Source of the DNA: Vicinamibacterales bacterium
GTDB taxonomy: Bacteria > Acidobacteriota > Vicinamibacteria > Vicinamibacterales > UBA8438
DNA: 64,000 nt
Direction of reading: 5' to 3'
NCBI GenBank assembly: GCA_965116845.1
Contig: OZ220728.1
Span: 2,498,309-2,562,308 of the forward strand
The position numbers and the translations under genes are program-made. The notes below the pieces were generated by a model. The model did no database searches, was not told where the DNA came from, and saw only the letters and a program-made list of their open reading frames with translations. Positions 29,789-38,570 of this stretch are shown here, one piece after another. Numbering within the stretch: position 1 is the stretch's first letter; each line of letters opens with the position of its first letter.

Positions 29789-32741
29789 CGCCCGGCGCGC
29801 AGGGCTGGTGCCCGCGGCGTGCGTCGCGATGCTCGCCGCCACCGGCCCGGTTTCGGCCCAGATCGACGGGCTCATCGGGCGGCGCGTGGTCGCCGTCGAC
29901 TTCGTGAGCGACGGTCGCCCGGCGGATGACCCGGCGGCGGCGGAGCTGGTCGAGACCCGCATCGGAGAGCCGCTCGCGATGCGCCAGGTACGGGAGAGCC
30001 TGACGCATCTGTACAGCACGGGACGCTACGGCGGGGTACGGGTGGAGGCCACCCCCCGACCCGCCGGCGTTGCCCTGCGCTATGTGCTGCCGCCCCTGGC
30101 GCTCGTCGAGCGCGTTCGATTTCGGGGGCAGCTCGGGGTGCCCGCCGACGATCTCGAGCTCGCGGTTCGACAGGCGTTCGGCGCCGTCTTCGGCATCGAG
30201 GCAGTCGATCCCCTCGTCGGCACGCTCCGCGGCTACCTCCGCCGGCGGGGCTTCTTTCGACCCCGCATCGAGCCCGACGTCGACCGGGACGGTACGCGCG
30301 GCGAGCTCCGGATCGACCTCGACGCCGGCCCGCGGGCGGTGATCGAACGCGTGCCTATAAGCGGCGTCTCGTCCCCGGCCCTCAATCGCCGCCTGCTCGA
30401 TCGCCTGCAGCTCCGCCGGGGGTTGCCCTACGACGGCGCGGAGCTCGATCGGCGGCTGAGCGAATACGAGGCGGAGCTCCGCGCCGAGGGCTTCTACGAG
30501 GCACGGCTGAGCCACGACGTGGAGGAGCGCGACGGAGGGCGGACGGTCAACGTGCTGCTCAGCGTGCGCCGCGGCCCGCGCGTCACCGTCGGGTTCGCCG
30601 GCGATGCCGTTCCTGGCGGCAACGTGGCCGAGCTGGTGACCATCGAGCGCGAGGCGACCGTCAACGAGGATCTGCTGGAGGACGACGGCCGGCGGATCGC
30701 CGAGCATCTCCGGCAGTTGGGCTACCGGGACGCCGCCGTGACCCACGCGCGGTCGCTGGCGGGGGACGATCTGTCGATCGTCTTCACCGTGGCGCGCGGC
30801 CCCCTCTACCGTCTGGCCGACATCACCTTCCGGGGCAACGAAGCGGTTCCCACGCCGACGCTGGAGCCGCTCGTGGGGGTCGACGTGGGCGGACCGCTCG
30901 TGGTGGCCGATATCGAGCGCGGGCTCGACGCGATCGTCGAGCACTACCACCTCCTCGGGTTTGCGACCGCCGACGCGGTTCCGGTGCTCGTGCCGGTTGC
31001 GGAGGGCGACGGCACCATGCCGGTCGAGGTCGCCTGCAGGGTGGAGGTCGCCGAGGGAGAGCGCACGTCGATACGGTCCATCGCGTTCGACGGCGTCACG
31101 GCGTGGGACCGGGCCGCGCTCGAGTCAACGGTCGGCGCGAGCGTCGGATCCCCCTACTACGGGCCGCAGGTCGAAGCCGATCGCCTGGCCGTGCTGACCC
31201 GCTACCTCAACGAGGGCTACGAGCAGGCCCTCGTGACCGTCGAACGCGGCTTCTCCGACGACCTGCGCCAGGTCGACCTGGTCTTCCGGGTGCGGGAGGG
31301 GCGCCAGGTGCGCGTCGACCACGTGCTCGTGGTCGGCAATCGGCGGGTTACGGCGGAGGCGGTGCGCCGCGAGATCCCGCTCGCGCCCGGGATGCCGCTC
31401 GGCCTCGACGAGATCGCCGAGACGCGGCGCCGACTGAACGCGCTCGGCATCTTCCGCCGCATCGACATTCGGGAGTTCAGCCACGGCGCGCTCGATCGGC
31501 GAGACGTGATCATCGAGGTGGAGGAGGCCCCGGCCACCCGTGTGGCGTACGGGGGCGGGCTGGAAGGGTCGCAGCGCCTGCGCCGGCGGACGGGCGCGGC
31601 GGGCAGCCGCGCCGTCGAGGACATCGAGCTTGCGCCGCGAGGATTCTTCGAGATCGGTCGCCGCAACCTGTTCGGCGGGAACCGGTCGCTCGACTTCTTC
31701 ACGCGGGCGAGCTTTCGCCGCAAGAACGATCCCGCGGACCCGGAGCTGGCGCAGCAGACGACGACACTGGGGTTCAACGAGTACCGCGTGCTGGGCACGT
31801 ACCGCGAGCCGCGGACGTTCGGGCTCGGCTGGGACGTGCTCGTGCAGGGCTTCGTGGAGCAGGCCATCCGGCCCGGATTCGACCTGTCGAGCCGCGGCGG
31901 AATTGCGCAGTTCACGCGGCAGGTCTCACCGGTGCTGCGGACCACCGCGGGCTACCGCTTCGGGATGAACGACACCTCGAACGAGGAACTGAGCCGCGAG
32001 GACGACGACATCGTCGATCGCCTGTTTCCGGACGTGCGTCTCTCGGCCTTCTCGTTCGGCCAGGTCCTCGACACGCGGGACAACCCGTTCGATCCGACGC
32101 GCGGCGGGACGCTGGGGATCGACGCGGAGGTGGCCCTGCGCGCGGTCGGATCCCAGGTCGGGTTCGCGAAGACGTTCTTCCAGGGCTTCCTCTACCGCAC
32201 GGTCGCCGGCATGTCCCGCCTCGTCTTCGCCGGCGGAGCCCGCGTCGGCATGGCCTGGAAATTCCCCCACTACGTTGCGGGCAGCCCCGACGACCCGTTG
32301 GCGGAGTTGCCGCTCATCGATCCCGGTCTTCCGATCAGCGAGCGGTTTTTCGCCGGCGGCGACACGAGCGTCCGGGGCTTTGCGTTCGACCGGTTGGGTC
32401 AGCCCTTCGACCGGCAGGGGGGCACGATCGATCGGACGGGCTTCCCGCTGGGCGGGCACGCGATGGTCGTCCTGAACAGCGAGCTCCGCATCCGCCTGAC
32501 GCCGTCCGTCGGCATCGTGACGTTCCTCGACGCGGGCAACGTCTATCATCGGGTGCGGCACATGGACCTCCGGCAGCTCCGCGGAGGCGCGGGGTTCGGC
32601 CTGCGCTACGCATCGCCCATCGGGCCGATCCGGGTGGAGCTGGGGTTCAAGCTCGGGGAACGGTACGAGTACGGATGCGGCGACCGGGAGGGCCTGGAGT
32701 GCCTCACCCAGCTTCACTTCAGCATCGGGCAGGCGTTCTAG
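29778..32741 (+). CDS. bamA: Omp85-family outer membrane protein assembly factor BamA
   Basis: 987 aa. Signal peptide, POTRA-like repeats, C-terminal barrel with FFAGGDTSVRGF and a terminal aromatic residue (...SIGQAF). Overlaps tamB by 11 nt. Confidence 0.9.
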   Translation: MRSDARRAGLVPAACVAMLAATGPVSAQIDGLIGRRVVAVDFVSDGRPADDPAAAELVETRIGEPLAMRQVRESLTHLYSTGRYGGVRVEATPRPAGVALRYVLPPLALVERVRFRGQLGVPADDLELAVRQAFGAVFGIEAVDPLVGTLRGYLRRRGFFRPRIEPDVDRDGTRGELRIDLDAGPRAVIERVPISGVSSPALNRRLLDRLQLRRGLPYDGAELDRRLSEYEAELRAEGFYEARLSHDVEERDGGRTVNVLLSVRRGPRVTVGFAGDAVPGGNVAELVTIEREATVNEDLLEDDGRRIAEHLRQLGYRDAAVTHARSLAGDDLSIVFTVARGPLYRLADITFRGNEAVPTPTLEPLVGVDVGGPLVVADIERGLDAIVEHYHLLGFATADAVPVLVPVAEGDGTMPVEVACRVEVAEGERTSIRSIAFDGVTAWDRAALESTVGASVGSPYYGPQVEADRLAVLTRYLNEGYEQALVTVERGFSDDLRQVDLVFRVREGRQVRVDHVLVVGNRRVTAEAVRREIPLAPGMPLGLDEIAETRRRLNALGIFRRIDIREFSHGALDRRDVIIEVEEAPATRVAYGGGLEGSQRLRRRTGAAGSRAVEDIELAPRGFFEIGRRNLFGGNRSLDFFTRASFRRKNDPADPELAQQTTTLGFNEYRVLGTYREPRTFGLGWDVLVQGFVEQAIRPGFDLSSRGGIAQFTRQVSPVLRTTAGYRFGMNDTSNEELSREDDDIVDRLFPDVRLSAFSFGQVLDTRDNPFDPTRGGTLGIDAEVALRAVGSQVGFAKTFFQGFLYRTVAGMSRLVFAGGARVGMAWKFPHYVAGSPDDPLAELPLIDPGLPISERFFAGGDTSVRGFAFDRLGQPFDRQGGTIDRTGFPLGGHAMVVLNSELRIRLTPSVGIVTFLDAGNVYHRVRHMDLRQLRGGAGFGLRYASPIGPIRVELGFKLGERYEYGCGDREGLECLTQLHFSIGQAF

Positions 32742-32822
32742 GCGTCTGCGCCGTAGAACGGTGCAGACTCCCGGCAGGCATGGCAGGGCGCCGAGCGGAG
32801 CCGCAGGCGATTGGCGGACCAG
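32738..32822 (+). repeat. Structured intergenic repeat, copy C (diverged)
   Basis: CTAGGCGTCTGCGCCGTAGAACGGTGCAGACTCCCGGCAGG... The hairpin core matches copy B at 24/25 positions and the remainder aligns more loosely. The element contains both the bamA stop (32739-32741) and the ATG at 32780. Confidence 0.7.
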
Positions 32823-33469
32823 GAAGCCTGCTCGCCGCCGCGGCCCGCGGCGCGCGCCTGCTCGCGACCGCCGGCGCGCTGGCGGTGCCGCTGTCGATTT
32901 CCGCGCAGACCCTCGACCGCATTCTCGCGGTCGTCTCCGGCCACGTCATCACAGCGTCGGATGTCCGTGCGTTCGTGGAGCTGGGGCTGGCCGAGGTGGA
33001 CGGAGGCGAGTCCGATGCCGAGCGGCGTGTGCTCGACCACCTGATCGACCGGCGCCTGGTGCTGGACGAGGCCGACCGGTTGCTGACGGAAGGCCCCCCG
33101 CCGGCACGCATCGAGGCGGCGCTCGACGAGGTCGCGGCGCGGTTTCCGGACCGTGGCGCCTTCGAGGGCCTCCTCGCGCGCACGGGGCTCTCGCTCGACG
33201 ATCTGCGCCAGATTCTGCGCGACGAGGCCCGGCGGGAGTTCTACCTGCGGGATCGCTTCGGCGCCCGCGAGCCCACGGAGGACGACCTGCGGGCGTACTA
33301 CGGGGAGCGCGTGGAGGAGTATCGGGAGGGCGGGCGTCCGCTGCCCTTCGAGGAGGTGCGCGAGGCGGTTAGGCGGCGGATGACGGGGCAGCGCGACGCG
33401 GCGGTCGACGACTGGATCGCGGGCCTGGAGCGGCGAGCCCCGATCGCGCGCTTCGATCAGCGGCCGTAA
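32780..33469 (+). CDS. SurA N-terminal-domain-like periplasmic chaperone (no parvulin domain)
   Basis: 229 aa read from ORF 31103-33469. Signal peptide ...ALAVPLSISAQ, then LDRILAVVSGHVITASDVRAF typical of SurA N-domain proteins. The start codon lies inside repeat copy C, so the start is uncertain. Confidence 0.6.
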   Translation: MAGRRAEPQAIGGPGSLLAAAARGARLLATAGALAVPLSISAQTLDRILAVVSGHVITASDVRAFVELGLAEVDGGESDAERRVLDHLIDRRLVLDEADRLLTEGPPPARIEAALDEVAARFPDRGAFEGLLARTGLSLDDLRQILRDEARREFYLRDRFGAREPTEDDLRAYYGERVEEYREGGRPLPFEEVREAVRRRMTGQRDAAVDDWIAGLERRAPIARFDQRP

Positions 33470-33556
33470 GCGCCGCCACTCGCAGTGGCCGTAAGCGCCG
33501 CCACTTGGCGGTTCCGTTTCAGCGGCCGCAAGCGCCGCCACTTGGCGGTTCCGTCG
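33461..33556. repeat. Direct repeats duplicating the 3' end of the surA-like gene
   Basis: GGCCGTAAGCGCCGCCACT (33462-33480, includes the TAA stop), GGCCGTAAGCGCCGCCACTTGGCGGTTCCGT (33487-33517) and GGCCGCAAGCGCCGCCACTTGGCGGTTCCGT (33523-33553). Confidence 0.85.
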
Positions 33557-33603
33557 GGCCGACCGCCGAATCGGTTGCGATGAGCGCGGTGCTCCGGCGG
33601 GCC

Positions 33604-34374
33604 TCAACCGCTCCCCGCCGCGGCGAGCGCCAGCAGGATCTCCGCCACGTTGAATCCGGCGTGGCTCACTACCGGTGCGACGGCGCTGCGGCGGATGAGG
33701 TACATGGCTCCCCATCCCGCGCCGAGCAACCCGGTCAGGATGGCGGCGTCCCAACCCTGAATCTGGTGGCCCAGGCCGAAGGCGGTGCTGAAGATGACGA
33801 GGCCGAGCCACCCTCCGCCGAGGTGCTGCTCGAAGCGGCGCAGGATGAACGCACGCTGCAGCTCCTCCCGAATTCCGCCGGCCACGACGGCGACGAGGGC
33901 GAACAGCGCCACGCGCCCCGGCGTGTCGAGCAGCGACTCGAACGGATTCTCGGGGACGTTGCGCAGGCCGGGCGCGAGCCAGCCGAGCAGCGTGGTCCCC
34001 GCGATCACCGCGGCGACGAGGGCGGGAACCAGGAGCAGCCCAAGGCACGCCTCGACGCGCGGCGACCGGCCTCCCAGGACGAGCTCCCGCAGCGACTCGC
34101 CGCGGGCGCGCAGGAAGAAGCCGATCAGCCCGAGGACCAGAACCGCGTCCACCAGCGACAGCGTCACGACGTAGCCGAACGACAGGTCTCCCCCGTCACC
34201 CGTCGCCCGCAGCCCGACGGTCACCAGCGCGGCGCCCAGCAGCAACTGGGTCGGGAAGCCCGAGCAGACGGCCACCTCGAGGATGGCCTGGGTGCGTCCG
34301 GAGCTCCGGGTCGCGACGGCTGCCGCCGAACGTCCTTCCGCCGCCGACTTGACCACGGGCCCAAGATCGTCCAT
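33604..34374 (-). CDS. CPBP-family intramembrane metalloprotease (CAAX protease/Abi)
   Basis: 256 aa and polytopic. Motifs IREELQRAF (EExxxR), FGLGH (FxxxH) and SHAGFN. Confidence 0.75.
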   Translation of the reverse strand: MDDLGPVVKSAAEGRSAAAVATRSSGRTQAILEVAVCSGFPTQLLLGAALVTVGLRATGDGGDLSFGYVVTLSLVDAVLVLGLIGFFLRARGESLRELVLGGRSPRVEACLGLLLVPALVAAVIAGTTLLGWLAPGLRNVPENPFESLLDTPGRVALFALVAVVAGGIREELQRAFILRRFEQHLGGGWLGLVIFSTAFGLGHQIQGWDAAILTGLLGAGWGAMYLIRRSAVAPVVSHAGFNVAEILLALAAAGSG

Positions 34375-34561
34375 ACTGTGCTTCTCTCTTCACGAGCTAC
34401 AATATCTGGTGGTTCAGCCTGTCTCTCGCGACCGTCTCGTTCTCGGAACAGATCCACAGCGCAATCGAGGATTGGGAGCCGCCGCCAGCCCGGATCGTAC
34501 ATCGTCCGCCACGGTGACTCAGCCGCGGGCGGGTCGATCGTCCACGTCTTGAGGGAGATCC

Positions 34562-37360
34562 ATGTCGACAGCAACGACTCGCGAGACGGACGCGCCGAGG
34601 GCCGAGCCGACACCCGAGCCGGAGGGCGGCGGGGGAGTCGGCATCGCGTTCCCGCGGGTCTTCAGCCGCGCCGGCATCGATCCGTTCGACGACGTCGAGT
34701 GGGAGACGCGGTCGGCGATCATCGGCAACGAACGGGGCGAGGTCGTGTTCGAGCAGCGCGACGTGGAGATCCCGAAGCCCTGGTCCCAGCAGGCGACGAA
34801 CATCGTCGTCTCGAAGTACTTCCGCGGGCAGATTGGCTCGCCGGGCCGCGAGCGGAACGTGCGGCAGCTCATCGGGCGCGTCGTCGACACCATCGGCCGC
34901 TGGGCCGACGAGGGCGACTACTTCGCGACCCCCGACGACCGGCAGGCGTTCAGCGATGACCTGAAGTACCTCCTGCTGCACCAGAAGGCGGCGTTCAACA
35001 GCCCGGTCTGGTTCAACTGCGGGTTCGAGGCGAAGCCCCAGTGCTCCGCCTGCTTCATCAACAGCGTCGAGGACACGATGGAGTCGATCCTCACGCTGGC
35101 CCGGACCGAAGGGATGCTGTTCAAGTTCGGCTCGGGCACGGGCACCAACCTGTCTTCGATCCGCTCGTCCCGCGAGCTGCTGGCGGGCGGCGGGACGGCG
35201 TCCGGTCCGGTCTCCTTCATGAAGGGCTACGACGCGTTCGCCGGCGTCATCAAGTCCGGGGGCAAGACGCGCCGTGCGGCCAAGATGGTCGTCCTCAACG
35301 CCGACCATCCGGACGTCGAAGAGTTCATCAACTGCAAGGTCGAGGAAGAGCGCAAGGCCTGGGCGCTGATCGATGCCGGCTACGACGGGTCGCTGACCGG
35401 TCCGGCGTACGCCTCGGTCTTCTTCCAGAACTCGAACAACAGCCTCCGCGTGCCGGACGGCTTCATGCGCGCCGTGCTCGACGACGACGAGTGGCAGACG
35501 CGGGCCGTCACCGACCGCCGGGTCATGGAGACGCTCCGGGCGCGCAAGCTCATGCGGGCCGTGGCAGAGGGGACGCACGTCTGCGGCGACCCGGGGATGC
35601 AGTTCGACACCACGGTCAACGACTGGCACACCTGCCCGAACACGGCCCGGATCAACGCCTCGAACCCCTGCTCCGAGTACATGTTCCTGGACGATTCGGC
35701 GTGCAATCTCGCGTCGCTCAACTTGATGCAGTTCCTGAAGGAGCGCGAGCCGGGCGAGTTCGACGTCGACCGCTTCCGCGCCGCCGTGCGCACGCTGATC
35801 ACGGCCCAGGAGATCATCGTCGGCAACGCCAGCTATCCGACCGAGGCGATCGGTCGCAACAGCCACGCCTATCGTCCCCTCGGCCTGGGCTACGCGAACC
35901 TCGGGGCGCTGCTGATGTCGCGCGGCGTCCCCTACGACAGCGACGACGGGCGCGACTACGCGGCCGCCATCACGGCGCTGATGACCGGCGAGGCCTACGC
36001 GCAGTCGGCCCGCATCGCCCGGGACTGCGGAGGGCCGTTCTCCGGTTACGCGAAGAACGAGCAGCCCTTCCTGCGGGTCATGCGCAAGCACCGTGACGCG
36101 CTGAAGCACGTGGCGCGCGCCCATGTGCCCGCCGATCTCCATCAGGCTGCCTCCGATTCCTGGGACGAAGCGATCGAGCTCGGCGAGTCGTACGGCTTCC
36201 GGAACGCGCAGGCGACGGTGCTCGCGCCGACCGGGACGATCGGCTTCATGATGGACTGCGACACCACGGGGGTGGAGCCGGACATCGCGCTGGTCAAGTA
36301 CAAGCGCCTCGTCGGCGGCGGGCTGATGAAGATCGTCAACCACACGGTGCCGGTCGCGCTCGGGCGCCTCGGCTATCCGGACGATCAGATCAACAGCATC
36401 GTGCAGCACGTCGACGAGCACGACACCATCGAGGGCGCGCCGCACCTCGACTCGGCGCATCTCGCGGTCTTCGACTGCGCGTTCAAGCCGGCCCGCGGCT
36501 CCCGCTTCATCCACTACATGGGGCACCTGAAGATGATCGGCGCGACCCAGCCGTTCATCTCCGGTGCGATCTCGAAGACGATCAACGTCCCGACCGACGC
36601 GACCGTGGAGGACGTGGAGCGGGCCTACCTCGACGCGTGGCGCCTCGGCGCGAAGGCAGTCTCCATCTACCGGGACGGCAGCAAGCGGACGCAGCCGCTC
36701 AACACCGCGCGGCAGGCCGAGGACGGGACGGTCGCGACGGCCGATCAGCCCGTCCGGCGCAAGCTGCCGGACGAGCGCCGGGCGATCACGCACAAGTTCG
36801 ACATCGCCGGGCACGAGGGCTACATCACGGTCGGGCTCTTCGACGACGGCGCGCCGGGCGAGATCTTCCTGGTGATGGCCAAGGAGGGATCGACGATCTC
36901 GGGCTTCGCGGACGCGTTCGCCCAGGCCATCTCCTACTCGCTGCAGTACGGCGTGCCGCTCCAGGTGCTGGTCGACAAGTTCAGCCACCAGCGCTTCGAG
37001 CCGGCGGGGCTGACGAAGAACCCGGACGTGCGCGTGGCCAAGTCGATCGTCGACTACGTCTTCCGCTGGATGGCGACGAAGTTCCTGTCGGACGAGGCGC
37101 AATACCACGCCGGGGTGAACCGCCGGGAGGAATCGGGGGAAGATGGCGCGGCAGAGGAGCAACTCACCCTGAACGACGCGGTGGCCCGGCTGGCCGCGGG
37201 CGATTCCGGTGGGCCGGTGGGCGCGGAAGGGCACGCGGCGCCGTACGCCATCCAGAACGACCAGGATGCGCCCCCCTGCTCGACCTGCGGCGCCATCATG
37301 ATCCGGAACGGCGCCTGCTACAAGTGCGTCAACTGCGGAGCGACGAGCGGCTGCGCGTAG
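34562..37360 (+). CDS. nrdJ: Class II (adenosylcobalamin-dependent) ribonucleotide reductase
   Basis: 932 aa. NPCSEYMFLDDSACNLASLNL, GLGYANLGALLM, TVLAPTGTIGFMMDCDTTGVEPD, ISKTINVP. C-terminal Cys cluster CSTCGAIMIRNGACYKCVNCG. Confidence 0.95.
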   Translation: MSTATTRETDAPRAEPTPEPEGGGGVGIAFPRVFSRAGIDPFDDVEWETRSAIIGNERGEVVFEQRDVEIPKPWSQQATNIVVSKYFRGQIGSPGRERNVRQLIGRVVDTIGRWADEGDYFATPDDRQAFSDDLKYLLLHQKAAFNSPVWFNCGFEAKPQCSACFINSVEDTMESILTLARTEGMLFKFGSGTGTNLSSIRSSRELLAGGGTASGPVSFMKGYDAFAGVIKSGGKTRRAAKMVVLNADHPDVEEFINCKVEEERKAWALIDAGYDGSLTGPAYASVFFQNSNNSLRVPDGFMRAVLDDDEWQTRAVTDRRVMETLRARKLMRAVAEGTHVCGDPGMQFDTTVNDWHTCPNTARINASNPCSEYMFLDDSACNLASLNLMQFLKEREPGEFDVDRFRAAVRTLITAQEIIVGNASYPTEAIGRNSHAYRPLGLGYANLGALLMSRGVPYDSDDGRDYAAAITALMTGEAYAQSARIARDCGGPFSGYAKNEQPFLRVMRKHRDALKHVARAHVPADLHQAASDSWDEAIELGESYGFRNAQATVLAPTGTIGFMMDCDTTGVEPDIALVKYKRLVGGGLMKIVNHTVPVALGRLGYPDDQINSIVQHVDEHDTIEGAPHLDSAHLAVFDCAFKPARGSRFIHYMGHLKMIGATQPFISGAISKTINVPTDATVEDVERAYLDAWRLGAKAVSIYRDGSKRTQPLNTARQAEDGTVATADQPVRRKLPDERRAITHKFDIAGHEGYITVGLFDDGAPGEIFLVMAKEGSTISGFADAFAQAISYSLQYGVPLQVLVDKFSHQRFEPAGLTKNPDVRVAKSIVDYVFRWMATKFLSDEAQYHAGVNRREESGEDGAAEEQLTLNDAVARLAAGDSGGPVGAEGHAAPYAIQNDQDAPPCSTCGAIMIRNGACYKCVNCGATSGCA

Positions 37361-37421
37361 GGTGGCCGTCTCCAGTGCCCGGTGCGCGGCCTCGCGGTCG
37401 CCCCGCCCGGGCTCGGGCTCC

Positions 37422-38198
37422 ATGGACCTGCAACTCACAGGCAAGATCGCACTGGTGACCGGCTCGAGCCGCGGGCTCGGGCTGGCCTCGGCGCGGGCGC
37501 TCCTCGACGAGGGATGCCGGGTGGTGATCTGTGCGCGGGGAGCGGAGCGTCTGGAAGCGGCGTCGGCGGCGCTCCGCGCGGCCGGCGCCTCCGAGGACGT
37601 CCTCGCTGTGCAGGCCGATCTGTCCACGGGCGAAGGTGTGGAGACAGTGCTGCGCCGCACCGTCGACACCTTCGGCGGGATCGACATCCTGGTCAACAAC
37701 GTGGGTCGGGCGGGCGGCGGCGGGATCGCGGAGACCACCGACGCCGAGTGGCAGGCGGCGCTCGACGAGACCCTGTTCCCCGCCATCCGGGCCTCGCGTC
37801 TGGCCGTTCCCCACCTCCGGAAGCGGGGCGGCGGCGTCATCCTGATGATCGCGTCGATCTGGGGCCGCGAGTCGGGCGGGCGGATGACCTACAACGCGGT
37901 CAAGGCGGCCGAGATCAGCCTCGCCAAGGCGATGGCACAGCAACTCGCGGCCGACAACATCCGCGTCAACAGCGTTGCCCCGGGTTCCATCTCGTTCCCG
38001 GGCGGATCGTGGCACCGCCGCCAGCAGGAGGATCCCGAGGGGATGGCCGCGTTCGTGCGCGAGCAGCTTCCGTTCGGGCGGTTCGGACGTGCCGAGGAGG
38101 TCGGCGCGGTGGTGGCGTTCCTCGCCTCGCCGCGCGCGAGCTGGGTGAGCGGGGCGACCGTAACTGTGGACGGGTGCCAGTCTCGATCGCTGATCTGA
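37422..38198 (+). CDS. SDR-family oxidoreductase (FabG-like)
   Basis: ATG at 37422 within ORF 37362-38198. TGSSRGLG (TGxxxGxG), NNVG, YNAVKAA (YxxxK). Confidence 0.88.
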   Translation: MDLQLTGKIALVTGSSRGLGLASARALLDEGCRVVICARGAERLEAASAALRAAGASEDVLAVQADLSTGEGVETVLRRTVDTFGGIDILVNNVGRAGGGGIAETTDAEWQAALDETLFPAIRASRLAVPHLRKRGGGVILMIASIWGRESGGRMTYNAVKAAEISLAKAMAQQLAADNIRVNSVAPGSISFPGGSWHRRQQEDPEGMAAFVREQLPFGRFGRAEEVGAVVAFLASPRASWVSGATVTVDGCQSRSLI

Positions 38199-38285
38199 GT
38201 CGTCCGCGTCCTGAAACGATGCGCAATCCTGCGGCCAAGTGGGGCGGCGCGCGGAGTGGTCAGGCGACGAGCGACGGGCCGGAAG

Positions 38286-38540
38286 CTACGCCTGAGCCTG
38301 GCCGCGGCGGGGGCGCTGCTGCTTCCGCCGCTCCTCGACGGTGACCTTGCCGTACTTCTTCATGAAGCGCTCCACGCGGCCCTCGGTGTCGATCAGCTTC
38401 TGCCGGCCGGTGAAGAACGGGTGGCAACTGGAGCAGATCTCCAGGTGCAGCTCCTTCCGGGTGGAGCGTGTCGTCCAGGTCGCGCCGCATGCACACTGGG
38501 CCTGCGTTTCGTGGTACTCCGGGTGGATCCCAGTCCTCAC
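38286..38540 (-). CDS. rpmE: 50S ribosomal protein L31
   Basis: 84 aa. [19 protein letters not shown]...[34 protein letters not shown]. Confidence 0.95.
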   Translation of the reverse strand: MRTGIHPEYHETQAQCACGATWTTRSTRKELHLEICSSCHPFFTGRQKLIDTEGRVERFMKKYGKVTVEERRKQQRPRRGQAQA

Positions 38541-38570
38541 GGTCTGCTCCTTCGCGCCCTCGCCAAACGC

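Noticed and set aside
34391-34412. An NrdR box or cobalamin riboswitch upstream of nrdJ, in the AT-richer patch CACGAGCTACAATATCTGGTGG.
   Set aside because: Only about 8 of 10 core positions match the NrdR consensus as I remember it. The site is poorly palindromic and lacks a second box at the usual distance. I see no B12-box-like sequence in 34375-34561. TACAAT (34398-34403) may simply be a -10 element.
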